The notes: generated by a model not told the origin, from the sequence alone. Counted from the first letter of the stretch, positions 38,570 to 51,136 are shown. The stretch is DNA of 64,000 nt from Azolla caroliniana (GCA_043228905.1 JBHGNT010000003.1:16492001-16556000), one strand, 5' to 3'. Numbers and translations are program-made.

Positions 38570-41500
38570 CATGAAGCCAATTTCATCTACAAGCTTCCGC
38601 ACGCAATTCTTTTCAAAGAAGTATTAAATGCATCATTGGAATCCTCAACTAAGAACCTAAATCCTATCTCCACAGGTGTAGAAACCGACTTGCCATCCTC
38701 AAAGTTAAAACGTTGTAGTAGTTTTTCGACAAACTTTCCTTGATGCATAACCATAGCCGATGCTTCTTCGTAAGACGTTGGTTCACCGGTGTCGGTAAAG
38801 AAAATTCTGGGAGAGTAACTTTTCGGAGGTTGCGACAGTCTCTCGGATCTTCGAGGTATGACTGGACTGGTCACATCGGGTGGGCGTGTCGGATGGTCGG
38901 AAGCCGAGCCACTCGGCTGTGCTGAATTGTTGGATTCAGGACGGGAGGTGTCGGTTACCCATGAAACCGATCTCATGTTGTGGGCTAGGCCTTAATGAAG
39001 TGTTGGCACTTCGGAAAATATTACCGTTCGGACTTCAATAAGCCTTTCGGCCATTTTATGCATAGCCGACTCGTTGAACACGATGTCCGAACTTCGAACG
39101 ATTTGTCTGTGCTCGGGGTCCCAGAGTCGGTATCCGATCTCGCCGTCGGGTCCATATCCAAGGAAAAGGCATTTCCTTGATCTTGGTTTGAGTTTCCGGC
39201 GGTCGTCCTTTGGTATGAGGGCATACGCCTCGTAGCCGAAGATCCTCAGCTTGTCATAACTCGGCTTACTATCGGTCCATATTTCCTGAGGTATTTTAAG
39301 TCCTAGAGTTCTACTTGGCGACATATTGATTATGTGTACTGCCATAAGTAGAGCCTCTGCCCATAAGCCATTCGACAGTTCGGAGTGTTGGAGCATGGAT
39401 ACTACGCATTCTTGAATCGTCCGATTCATGCATTCTGCAATTCTGTTCTGCTCCGGACTATAAGGTGCTGTAAATTCACGTCGAATGCTGCGTCCCTGGC
39501 AAAATTTGACGAATTCTCCAGACTTGAATTCTCCTCCGTTGTCGGTTCGGAGACATTTCAGTTGTCGACCGGTTTGGTTTTCGACCATTGCAAGCCATTC
39601 GGAAAAGATCGAGAAGACCCGATCTTTGGTTCTAATGGGGTAAGCCCACACCTTTCGAGTCGAGTCGTCAATGAAACTGACAAAGTACGAAGCACCACCG
39701 AGAGACTGATGTGGCATCGGGCCACAGATGTCCAAGTGGACCAAATCGAGGGGACTCGATTCTCTTGGTGCTGATATCGGGTGTGATGCGGCTACCCATT
39801 TGCCGTACTAGCAATGCTCGCAAAATTGGTGATTCGAGAAGGAGAGTTTCGGGATGTAACTGGCTTTGGATAGGTGCGTTATGCCGGCCTTGCTGAGGTG
39901 TCCAAGTCATCTGTGCCATAACGATGACACGGGGATATCAACCAAAAATAAGTCACCCTCTTTGAGTGTGACTTATAAAGGATACAAGGAATGTACCTTT
40001 GGTCCTCGAGCAAGCAGGAGGTTCACTTTGTGGAGTGTCCACCCTCCTGATGAGAACCCGGCACGGATGCCGGCTTCATCAAGTTGTCTGACTAAGATCA
40101 AGGGTCTTGAAAGCTCAGGAACGTGTCAGACGTTGTGTAATATGAGTGTAGAGCCACCCAGAAGGTTGAGCTCTACGGTGCTGATTCCGATTATAGCACA
40201 CTGTTGCGAGTTTCCGACTCGAACTGAGTCAGAGTGCCGGTCCGAGTATTGCCGATACTGAGATTGGTGAGGTGTCACATGATACGATGTGCCTGAGACT
40301 AGGAGCCATGTGCTCGATTCCTCAGTCGTAAGCAGAACTTTTGATTCGACTGGGTTCTCTACGGACAATATGTTCGGGCCGGTCATCAAAACTTCGGCTG
40401 AAGAGCCGACGTAGTTGACCTCCTCATGCCGGCTACTCTTCTAATCCGCTCTGTGAGCTTTGTCAGTTTTTGCTTTGAGTACCCGACAGTCGGCTTTGAT
40501 GTGTCCCGGTTTCTTGCAGTAGTTGCAGATTCGGTTGTCTCGGGACTTGCTCCGACTTCGCTGATTGTTCGGCAGTCGGGAAGAACTTCTTCCCCGGTTG
40601 TTCGATCGGTCGGTCGAACCTTGTACTACGTAAGCTTCATCTGCCGGGTCTTTGGCGAAAGACTTTCTCCGAGCTGCTTTAGTCAGGATTGCGCTCGTGA
40701 CTTCGGAGTACTTAACGGTAGTCATTGAAGCATTGCACACGGTTGTTACGAAAGTTTACCATGAAGAGGGGAGGCTACTCATGAATATCATTGCTCTAAG
40801 TTCATCCTCGATTGTTGTCCCTAGAGACGAGATTTGGGAGCTTATGCTTTCGTACTCGTGAGGTGTGCCTAAACTGAATCAGATTCTTTCATCCGCAAGT
40901 TGTAGAGGCGCCGGATCAGATACATCTTCGTTGCGGCGACCTTCTTTTCATAAGTTTCCGACAGTGTTTTCCAAAGTTCAAAAGTTGTCGTGCATGATTG
41001 CACTGTGAAGTACACTGACTCTGACAAGTGCATTCGAATCATGGCGCGGACGATTTTGTCCAGCTTTAGCCACTCGTTTGCCTTGTATGCTTATGGAGGA
41101 TTTTCATTCTCAATCGGGTTTATCTGACCCTTGACTATGAGATAGTCCTGCATTTATTCCTTCCAGAAGTTGAAGTTCGAACCATCGAACCTCCTTAGAC
41201 TCATCTCCGATGAGCCGGATGTTGATGCTATCTGCTTCAGTTTCGGTTGGTAAGACTCGGTTCGGAGTTGATTACGAACCTTAGTGGGGTGCAGTCAGTC
41301 AGCTCACCCGATATCGTTCTAGTCGGTTTCGAACCCGAGTCGGTTTGGTTTCGGATACTTGTTGCTGAACTTGCTCGGAGTGACTACGGTAACTTGAGGG
41401 ACAGAACCGGCTGCTCTTCCTGAATGTTGCTGAGTCGGAGTGAGCCCGGTTAGCTTCCAATTTTATACCGAATACTGATTACAAGAGACCGATTGTTTGG

Positions 41501-42196
41501 GCCGATTCTACTTCAGGTGACTGCAGCGATGAGAGGGACGGATCCAACTGATCCTCCCGAATGACGATCAGCTGAATGAAGCACGAATTTGGTTGTTGCC
41601 AGGAGACCAATCTGTAGTGGGTGGTTACAACAAGCGAGTGAATAGCGTCCAGTGACCTATTCGGATATCGTTTAACCGAATGAAGCACGATTGGGTCGAG
41701 TGTTGCACAAGTAGCTCATCTCAAGTGGTTACAATCACAGGAACAGAGTATAGCCGGCTAGCTTACTCCAATTAGTGATTTAACACAGTGAGATGCAGAC
41801 TTCTTGTTTTTCTTCTCTCTTCTCTGTTCTTCAAGAAGTTACAAAAAACAGAATGTTGTGGTGTACGAGGACGGCCGACAGCAGGTTGAAGAACCTCCAA
41901 TGCTCTGATACCATATGTTGGGGACAAGGTCGTCAGTGAGGAAGAACAAACAACATCTGTGATGGTGAAGAACCTGCGTATGCGAATGAACACAAGATAC
42001 TCATAGAGAGAGAGAGAGTGATAGGCACAAAGAAATACAATTTTATTCCTCAATAGCAACAACAACAACAACAGGTTACAAAGTCACTTTATATAGTGAC
42101 TATCCTAGGGCAACTGCCCTTTATGCTATTTATAGAAATAGCCCCAAACTTGGATTGTCCAAAGGGACAGTGTGAATACGGCCATTCCATTATACA
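38570..42196 (-). mobile_element. Decayed copia element D' (5' LTR from 41916, right end about 42196-42209; internal RT deletion)
   Basis: PBS GCTCTGATACCA 41902-41913; CNYCKKPGHIKADC knuckle; integrase 38992-39744 (HLDICGP, LRTDNGGEF); YEEAS joined directly to late RT. Confidence 0.87.
38992..39744 (-). pseudogene. Copia integrase core (element D')
   Basis: VHLDICGP, YFVSFIDD, KCLRTDNGGEF, SPEQN. Confidence 0.93.
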
Positions 42197-43567
42197 CTAG
42201 TATTTGACAAGGACACCATAGGAAATTAGAAGCCTCCCCCACCACACCCTGATAAGGCTGTAATGGAATGGCGAGTGGTGGGGAAATCCCATGTCCTACG
42301 TGAAACTCCACAGTCACAAAATCCTCCATCGCCAGTGAGCCCCAATCGTTTTGATCTACAACAAGAGCCCCCCCGCCCCCCCCCCCCCCCCAGATGAGCA
42401 CTCCCCTAGTGCTTTCTTAAGCCCCAAGGAAAGACCCAAGGTGACTCCAAACACACAAGAGAAAATTCTCGTTAAAGCTTACAAAATATGGAAGCGACAA
42501 AGGATAAGTCATGTTAAGACCCTAATGTGGAGCTTTAATGGAACTGCACCCAATGGAGAAACAACAAACCAAGGTAGTAGTTTGAATATCACGCCTCATA
42601 TCATAGCCTTCCCAGCCACAAATGAGTGTGATACATCTAGGTAGGACCTTGAACCACACCTGCAAAATGACTTGAAGTGGCTAGGTATAGGGCATATGAC
42701 AATGGACAAAATAAGGGTACATGTATTAGCGGTACACAAGAATGGAGTATTGATGACCTCAATTTCTTTTCCACTCTTGCTTCCGGCACAAGAGGACTAG
42801 TCCAAGTCCAAGATCAAAGATACTCTATGCAGTCAAGCAGCCTGTTTTGTCACAAAAATAAAAGATGAAGCCCTCATGAACGAACTAAAGAAGCATTGGA
42901 ATAACACAGAATTCTGGTGCACCATGGTGACTGGATGTCTAAATGGTGAGTGCTCCTCACTCACGACCTGTTGTGCAAAGCACTAGGAACAATTGGCAAA
43001 CTCCCACCCCATTCCATGAGTATGAAGATTGTAACATGGAACATGCAAGGGCTCAGAAGTCGACTAGACCAACAAAACAAATGGAAACTGAGAAGGGATC
43101 TTGAAGAATATTTATTAGGGAGTGTTGCTGGCATCATCATGTTGTAGGAACACCACCTCGATAACACACAATTAAAGGAAATTGGAGACTTTCTACCAGG
43201 ATCATGGCGAACAATTTGGGAGCCAGCAATAGGGGAGGATGGAAATCATGGTGGTATTTGCACTTTGATTCCGGAACATCTAGCCCAAGGCTTAATACAC
43301 CAGGAATCACTTATACTTGGTAGGGCACATTTTTGCACGTTGGCCATCCAAGGGCAACGCTAGAATTTCATGAATGTTTATGCTCCAAATAGTAGAACAG
43401 AAAGGGAAACATTCTGGGACCGCATCTACCTACAAGTAGCGGGTGCGGAAGAGTGGTGCATTGGAGGGGATTTTAATATGATCGAATCCATTCACGATAG
43501 CTCCAACAACAAACCCATAGTTCTACAAGGAAGGGAACGTAAACAATGGGAGAAGCTATGTGTATAC

Positions 43568-45718
43568 TGTTGAGAATCAAGCTCAACATAGCACAACGTG
43601 TGAACACACCTTTTGAGAATCTATGATTACTCAAAGGTCAAGAGTCACACACCACTACTCTCTACACATTAACTATGTGTCATAGAATCATATTCTATGA
43701 CACATAACTAATGAGTTACATATTCCCCATGACTATGAGTCTTCACATTCCCCAAGAGAGAGAGTGGTTGTTGTAAAGTTAATGAAGAGAGAGGGTGACT
43801 CTATATAAAGCACCCTCCTCATACATCATACCAAGTCGGTTGTGACTCCTTGTAATGCTACATTTTTCATTTATGATATTTTCCTTGTTAATATACATCT
43901 CCTTCTTCTTGAGTACTTCATTTTTTGTCTCATATCCATCTTGTGTTTCTCTCCTCTCCTCTTTCCTCTCACACATACACATAACACACATCTCTTCCGC
44001 TACACAAGAATCACAATTGATTCTTTACATGGTATCAGAGCGATTTGGTAGCTCGATCTAGCCCACTCACCTCATCGTGATCATGTGTTGTGCTCTACGC
44101 CGACGTTCAAGAAGAACCGGCTCATCGCTATCGTAGTGTGACTACATAGCTTGTGTTCGAGAGAGACGGAAAAGAAAAGAAGGAAGAAATCTACATCGAC
44201 AATGAATACTCAAATGGGGAGCGCTCTCCCTAGCAAGAAGTTGGATCGCAACAACTTTGCATCTTGGGAGTACAAGATGCACCAATACCTTGTCGGCCAA
44301 GGCTATTGGAGCTACATCAAAGGAGCACAAGAAAATCGGCCCAAACCTGAAGACGCCGACTATGCAACGTGGGAGCAAGCGGCAAGCCAAGTGATATATT
44401 GCTTGGCGACATGTGTTCATGACCACATGCTCGGGTACATTTGAGAAGCCAAGATGCCGAAGGAAGCGTGGGAGAATCTACGAAAGATTTTCGCCGCCAA
44501 CATTACCGCGAGAAAGCTTCAACTCCGCCAAGAGTTGAATAATATCCAACAAAGGGATATGTCCATCATGAGCTACACCTTGAAGATCAAGGAGCTTTGT
44601 GATTCGCTCGGCTCGATAAGCGTAAACGTGGAGGATGACGAGATGGTGCAAATATGTCTTGACGGCCTTGCACCACGGTTCGGCACGATGCAGACCGTCG
44701 TACTAGCATGGGAGAATCCGCCCTCCTTCTTTGATCTTCAATCCATGTTGTTGGTCGAAGAAAACCATGTTCAAACAAGGAGTAATGGCTCGGAAGGCCA
44801 AATGCTCTACACGCACTTGGACGGAGGAAGAGGACGCGACCGTGCAAGAAGAGGCTGATTCAGCTAAGGACGAGGCGGATGAGGCTCGGGTTACGAAAAC
44901 AACTGTCAATTACGGCAACAAGATGGAGGCCATCGGGGAACCTTCGGAAGAAGGGGGAACCAACATTCCGATCCGAGCTGACAAACCTCAATCGAATGCG
45001 GATATTGCGGGAAAGTCAGCCACCGCGAAGAAGAGTGCCGAAAGAGGATGCGTCCACAAGCTGACAACTCACGAATTACGCCAACAACTCCGAGTACGAC
45101 GATTACGGAGGACTATTCGTGAGTCGGCGTCCACAAGCTGACAACTCACGAATTACGCCAACAACTCCGAGTACGACGATTACGGAGGACTATTCGTGAG
45201 TCGGCGTCCACAAGCTGACAACTCACGAATTACGCCAACAACTCCGAGTACGACGATTACGGAGGACTATTCGTGATGAGACATAGAGCAAACTCTATGT
45301 CGGCTTCTACATCAACTAATGCCTCTGGTCCGGAAGACGTATGGTTTGTCGACTCCGGTGCTTCGAACCATATGACGTCCCATCAAGAGTGGTTCCGAGA
45401 CTTGCGAGAGCCGGATCGACCCGGTTATGTCGAGATTGGAGACGATACCACTCATCCGATTCGGCATGTCAGGAATGTCCCATTCTGGAAAGATGGTGAA
45501 CAAACTTGCATCAAAAATGTATTACATGTACCCACCATAACGAAGAATGTGGTCTCGGTCGGCCAAATTGTGGAGCAAGGGATGCAAGTTCGATTCAACC
45601 AAGGTGGTTGCTTCATCGAGAAGGAAGGCCGACTCATCGCTCGGGGTCGAAAGGAAGGTCGGATGTTTATCCTCGAGTCAAACAAGGTGAAATCGGTCAT
45701 GTACGCAAAGGGCCTCTA
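43568..45718 (+). mobile_element. 5' part of B-related copia element P (LTR 43568-44029, PBS 44030-44041, gag, protease)
   Basis: TGTTG...TTACA LTR, TGGTATCAGAGC, KLDRNNFASWEYKM gag, WFVDSGASNH; fused by deletion to the LINE at about 45718. Confidence 0.9.
45050..45277. repeat. Three apparently identical tandem 77-bp units
   Basis: GCGTCCACAAGCTGAC starts at 45050, 45127 and 45204. Confidence 0.93.
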
Positions 45719-47349
45719 GTGGGTCACATCATAGTGGCAAACCAAGTACTACCCGCAATAGCATGGTACACTCTATCATGTTGGACAATCTCTAAGGAAA
45801 GTATACATCATATTCAAGGATTGGTCCATAACTACATTTGGTCTGGTAAGGAAGACCATGTAACTCGCGCCAAGGTGGTGTGGCCTATACTCACAACACC
45901 TAAGTCGAGAGGGGGATTGGGTCTTATTGATCCCCTTTCACAATCAAAAGCCTTACTTGCCAAATTTGTGGTGCAAGGACTCCAACCAGGAAATGACTGT
46001 TGGAAAATGCTACTATGGTTACGTTTCACGTACTTTAGGCCACGAAAAGGGGTCAATTGGGCCCCCCAAATAGGATGGATTCTAAACATGGATCTCAAAC
46101 CTAGTTTCTCTCGCCAATTGGAGGATAGATTTAGTGCATCCATGTGGAAGACATGGTGTGACATTAGATGAGGGCTCAAGTGTGATCAACCAAGTTCCGA
46201 ACCTGCTTGGCTCAGTCAACGTATCCTATGGAACCCATGTATCAAGGATGAATCTAATCAACTACTGGGATCATGTAAGGGGTTGTCATGGGGATACATT
46301 GCAGAAGGTCCAGGAAAAAGTATAGAATGTTGGTGACGGTTTAAGTCACTACCACTACAAGATCAAGCCAACATACTCCATGGAATTAGGGGCGGATGGA
46401 CTATGAGATCAGAAATCATTAACGCTCTACTAATTAGGGAATTTGCTACTCAAAGGACGACAATGGAGAAATGGATAGGCCACGAGGAGGAGGGATCTCT
46501 GATCCCGAGAGGTGGGGGACCACCAGATAGGATCGAAGGCTTTGAATTGCGAGACATTGAGACACCAACATAGAATAACGCAATTCTAGTACTCGCGTAT
46601 ACTGGTCATAAATGGATTGTAGATCCTGATCCGATCAAAGTACAACCCGATTGGCACATATGTACTCATGAAAACACATGACTACGTAAGGTCAGTTGGG
46701 ACCCTTTGCAATGGACATGGCCTGATCCTTACCCGGGGCAAGGAAGCAAACCAATCCCTTTCTTCCAGTTCACAACTAGATTGGGCCGCCACATTCTAGC
46801 TGCTCAAACCACCCGAGACCCGGCTGTTGCGAAGGTCTGGCACACAATTCAAGTTCCTCCCACAATTATCACCAAGTTTTGGCAGAAAATCTGGAAACAA
46901 CAATACACGTACCACGCTCCAATGGCTATTAATACATAAGTCCCTACTGGTGGGAGCATGGCAACGTGGGAACCTTAGCTCTCCTAATTGTGTAGAGTGC
47001 CCAAATGCAGTAGAATCAATACGACACGCTCTGTGGGACTGTCCAACGTCCCATCGAATATGGCGGGGGGTTGGACGCTTGTTGCAATTATGCCAGGTGC
47101 AAGGCTCAATCAAGTGGGGAAATATATGTTGGCTATCATGGCAGACCCCAGTTGGCAGATATGAGCATCAGGAGGAGGGGATGACTTTGGTGATAAAAGC
47201 ATAAGAGGTTTTTTTCTCCACCAGCGGCAATGTCCACTCAACTCCTCTTCATGACAAATCTCAAGTTGTGTTGGAAATGGTCAGCCCAATAACTCTTTGG
47301 ATTCTATGGAAACAATGGTGTAGATGGGTCTTTTCCAACCAAACCGCTC

Positions 47350-48067
47350 TGTCGTGCCTTTTGGCACCAGATTGTTGCGTGAGTCGGGTGGGAACCGCCA
47401 GGGTTTTGGACTAGGAGGAGGAAGAATTTGAGACGAGTTTAGTTATGAATATGAATCGATTATAAGAAAGAGAGATAGAAATTCGTGAATGCCATGAATA
47501 TAGTTTAAATTTACTTTTATTAATATTTAACCCGAATTATACTTTGGAATCGATAGGAATAGATTGGAAAAGAGAGATAAAAAACTTCGTGAATCCCACG
47601 AGTATTATATTAATCAATATTTAGACCCTAATAATCACCCCATTATTTATTTATTTATTTTTCTCCCCCCTTATTACATTGTGCTCCCCATCCTTATATA
47701 GTGATGAGAGAGTCTTAGCAATCCATGCTTTTTCTCTAACTATAGACTATATGCTTTCTCTAACATACTTTCCTAACCTCATGTGTTTTTATCAACTATA
47801 CTGTTCATGCACGTTTAAATGTGCATGTGTTGTTTTTTCCTAGAAAATATGCGTGAAATAACCTTTCTATGTGGGATATTTGCTTTTCTAATACTCATGA
47901 TGTGTTAGTGTAATGGTAAGCCTTCAAATTTGTAACATGGAGGTACAAGGTTTGAATCTTGCCCAATACATGTAATATATATTTTGATATTTTCGTCATT
48001 TTCTTCATATTTATTAAATCGAGTACTTTATACATTTTTCACGTAGTGTACGAAATACACTACGACA
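47350..48067 (-). mobile_element. Solo LTR of the H family (718 bp) in the LINE
   Basis: TGTCGTGCCTTT...ACACTACGACA termini as in H1 and H2; flanks GCTC/ACGC. Confidence 0.9.
47900..47972 (+). other. tRNA-like cassette (A box and B box) in LTRs; copies at 21405-21478, 24230-24303, 32468-32541, 52985-53056, 59362-59433, partial at 19436-19500 and 25592-25656
   Basis: TAGTGTAATGG(TAA)...GGTTTGAATC with 42-43 nt between box starts, and a T-arm-like CAAG-GTTYRAAT-CTTG stem. Confidence 0.68.
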
Positions 48068-48441
48068 ACGCATCCAACAAGGTTACTACAAGAGATATGG
48101 AGTGAAATTGTAGCCACTCTAAAGAGCCAATATGATGGGCTCAAGGGCGGCTCCAATGGAGTTGAAAGACAACGAATAGCCTTCATCCAACAATGGTCTT
48201 CCTCTCCCTTTCTTGAGTTAGTGGGCATCCACATAAGATGGAACTATCGTGTCCCTACAGGGATTTGTACATAATCGTCTCATTTGTAAAATTTTATAAC
48301 TAATGGAAGGAGCTTTTTTTGGGATAAAAAAATTAAAAAAATTTACAATGTCTAGAAAATTAATCAAAATGTACATTGTTAAACTAGAAAATAAAAATAT
48401 CTTTCTCATTGAAAAAGAAAACCAAAAACTTAAAAGAGACA

Positions 48442-48610
48442 TATATTGTTAAACCAAAAAATTACAATGTCTTTCTCATTGCAAAAAAGCGAGAAAATTA
48501 AACCTGATGTATATTGTTAAACCAAAAAATTACAATGTCTTTCTCATTGCAAAAAAACGAGAAAATTAAACCCGATGTATATTGTTAAACCAAAAAATTA
48601 CAATGTCTAG
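48442..48610. repeat. AT-rich 68-bp tandem repeat (about 2.5 units) between the two LINE 3' ends
   Basis: TATATTGTTAAACCAAAAAATTACAATGTC at 48442, 48510 and 48578. Confidence 0.85.
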
Positions 48611-48619
48611 AATTTTTTT

Positions 48620-49700
48620 TTATGTCAAGATCCATCGTGGTATTAATGAAAAGATGCCCAAAGGCTACAAAGAATCCATACAATATATTACAACCCTCGT
48701 ACCCACATGAATCAACATGTCTGGTAGCGGAAACCCTCATGCATGGTCGTTTCAAGACAGGGGCTGGAAAAATCCATCTTGGTAGACCATATCTCCATTT
48801 TATTCTGTCCCCAAAAAAGGTGAAGACATCTACCTTTTTCCAAATTTCTCGAAATTGTTGTTGCTTGCAAGACACAATATCACGCTCACCATGTATTGCC
48901 TCATATTGACCTCTTAGAGTATGTAGGAGCATCAACCATATGTCCTTGACTACCTCAACCGCATTCGGTTTGACTTTTTGAAATACACACTTACATCTTG
49001 CCTTCCATAATATCCAAACTACTAAAGAAGATATCGTAGACCAAACCTTGTCTTCTTCCAAACAATGGATTGGTGTAGTATAAGATGCCTCCAATACACG
49101 TTTTCATCGGAGAGGAGAAGAAAATCAACATAGTCCCTTTCATAATTTTGTATTTCTTCAAGTAACCTTCCTCATCTCACAAAACCCCATGTGTACACCT
49201 CTTTACCATAAATAGGATACAAAATTCTCAACATTCTTTTCCATATTGCTCTAGTTATAGGACATACCCATAAAACATGGTAAACCGTTTCATTGGGAAA
49301 ACCATAACTGTCACATTTTTAATCATGGCAATGCCCCATCATCCATGACTTCACAGGAATGCAATAATGTACCAACAACCATCTAAACAAGACAACTTTT
49401 CTAGGAATTTGCATGGCCCATAACCATTTCCAATAAGCATTCAACCATGAGTGTCGTACATTACCCAAACTCCAAAGTTTACATGCTGCTGGTGTAACAA
49501 CCACACGCCTCCTTAACAACTCTCTACCCATTTTTACCGAGTACTGAAAAAATGGGATTTGCCTACCTAAAATTCCTTGTGCTAATTGCTTTGCCATTTC
49601 AATTCATGGGATCCCACAAAAGTTGATCAATGGGCTTATTCTCGTAGACCCACAATTTAGATAAATTGATTATATCATTTGGGTGTGTATTCAACATCTA
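48620..49700 (-). mobile_element. 3' fragment of a second L1-like LINE ORF2
   Basis: WKWLWAMQIPRKVVLFRWLLVH and C..ET.YHVLWVCP (zf-RVT); VWILWKARCKCVFQ. Confidence 0.82.
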
Positions 49701-49812
49701 TTTTTTATTGCCAAGGCCCATTAGTTGGGCTGACTAGACAATCGACATAGGAATCGGCTAATCGAAACGACTAATCAATTAGTCGGTTGATTAACAGAGA
49801 GAGTATTATTAT

Positions 49813-49959
49813 TGTTGAGCGAGCAAGCTCAACCTGATCCGGATTGGATGAGTAAGCCAGAGCCGGATCGGTGTTCGGAACCAAGAGCTGGATCAGTGTT
49901 AGGATCAGAGTGTAACTGGTAGGCCATTAGAGGCCTACGGTCCTAGCCTAGTACATAGG
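49813..49959 (+). repeat. Left half of a B-family copia LTR, interrupted by A2
   Basis: TGTTGAGCGAGCAAG start as at 8844; ends CCTAGTAC-ATAGG, collinear with the uninterrupted LTR at 38311-38330. Confidence 0.88.
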
Positions 49960-50047
49960 TATTAGAGACATGAACTAATGTAAGCATAAAATAAGGATAA
50001 AAGATAGATCTAGATAGAAATGAGAGAGAGAAAGAAGGGTGCCGATC

Positions 50048-50743
50048 TATTGAGAAATCGTTGCGGAATATAAATCACAATGAACAGACACTGTTGAAAT
50101 ACGAATCACAGAAATATGCCAAAGAAAAGACAAGATTAACAATGGTGCACAGAGATTTTCATGGAAACCCTAAAACGAGGAAAACCACGGGTGAACAGAT
50201 TTCTTCACTATACAAAGTGGCTATACAACACCGAGAGGAATATAACACTCTGTCGAGTGTATCAGCTGCACAGGGCTCTTCGCGTCTATTGTTACTCACA
50301 CAGCTATGGCATGGCTCACACTCACACTCTCTGTCTCTCTCTTTGTTCGTCTCACTAACACACAAACTAAAAGTTTGCCCTAGTTGCATATGTACTTACG
50401 CAACTTTTTGGTTATTTACATACGTAGACCTCATGGGGCGCACACTCAGACTATTTATAATTGTAGTCTCCCGAGTTATACACGTTTTTGGTTTCGGCCT
50501 CGGCCTTGGCTGAGTCACTCATAAACTCGGCTCCTCTCTCTTTCCCATCTGGAGGGACTTGTTTCCACACATCATCATCATTATTATTACTATAATAATA
50601 ATAGTCGAATCTTCAAACAGTCGACTCACTGTTTTCGACTCTTCGACTATCGGCTTTCCGAAAAGTCAGATCTTCCCTGTCATCGACTGTCGGCTTTCCG
50701 ATCAGTTGGTTCTTCCTCCCATTGGAGGGACATATTCCCAACA
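50048..50743 (-). mobile_element. Solo copia LTR Q (696 bp, C/E-related) inside the A2 3' LTR
   Basis: TSD CGATC 50043-50047/50744-50748; minus-strand start TGTTGGGAATATGTCCCTCC resembles the C and E LTR starts. Confidence 0.88.
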
Positions 50744-51136
50744 CGATCCACCCGACCACCCCCGAGCGAAGGGATCAAGACAGACTCAAGCCTCGATCGG
50801 CGTCCCAAACCACCGCCGTGGCGTCGAGTCGTACCTGGTGTTGGCACTCTCGCTACAAGAGTTGATCCACCACAAAACAGAGTCTCGACGTAGTCAACAA
50901 GACGATGAAATGAGGGTAGTTAGGCCTCTTATTTATAGCGATACCCGAGGCCCCCAACAAGTTCACACTTGGCCTAATGGGTTGTCTCAATCCCGAGGAT
51001 TAAAAGTAATCCTCCCCTTCTTTACACTCTCGTTTAACCCTCACACTTATCCACGTGTATAGAATACTACAATAAATTCTCACCACGGGATATTATATGG
51101 TCATGCCTATAATGTACTCCCCTCTTTAAAACATTG

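Larger units (their letters stand above)
42210..48240 (+). mobile_element. Decayed L1-clade LINE (endonuclease about 43016-43565; post-RT and zf-RVT region 45719-48240), interrupted by P and a solo H LTR; RT core deleted
   Basis: MKIVTWNMQGL, NVYAPN, WCIGGDFNMI; GGLGLIDP; CVECPNAVESIRHALWDCP; boundaries approximate. Confidence 0.85.

Noticed and set aside
42367-42392. Poly-C tract as a functional G-quadruplex or poly-Pro/Gly gene
   Set aside because: Simple homopolymer in decayed LINE 5' sequence with no supporting context; its length is unreliable
45506-46171. 221-aa ORF as a single gene
   Set aside because: Chimera of out-of-frame copia P sequence and LINE ORF2 across the deletion junction near 45718
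9018-50049. TA instead of TG at four LTR starts (9018, 18997, 49960, 50048) as a non-canonical terminus
   Set aside because: Partner or related LTRs start with TG; consistent with the pervasive C-to-T decay of methylated TE DNA
3414-51114. One giant element bounded by the A LTRs at 3414 and 49960
   Set aside because: The PBS (3399) and PPT (51115) lie outside this interval, so these LTRs belong to two separate A copies
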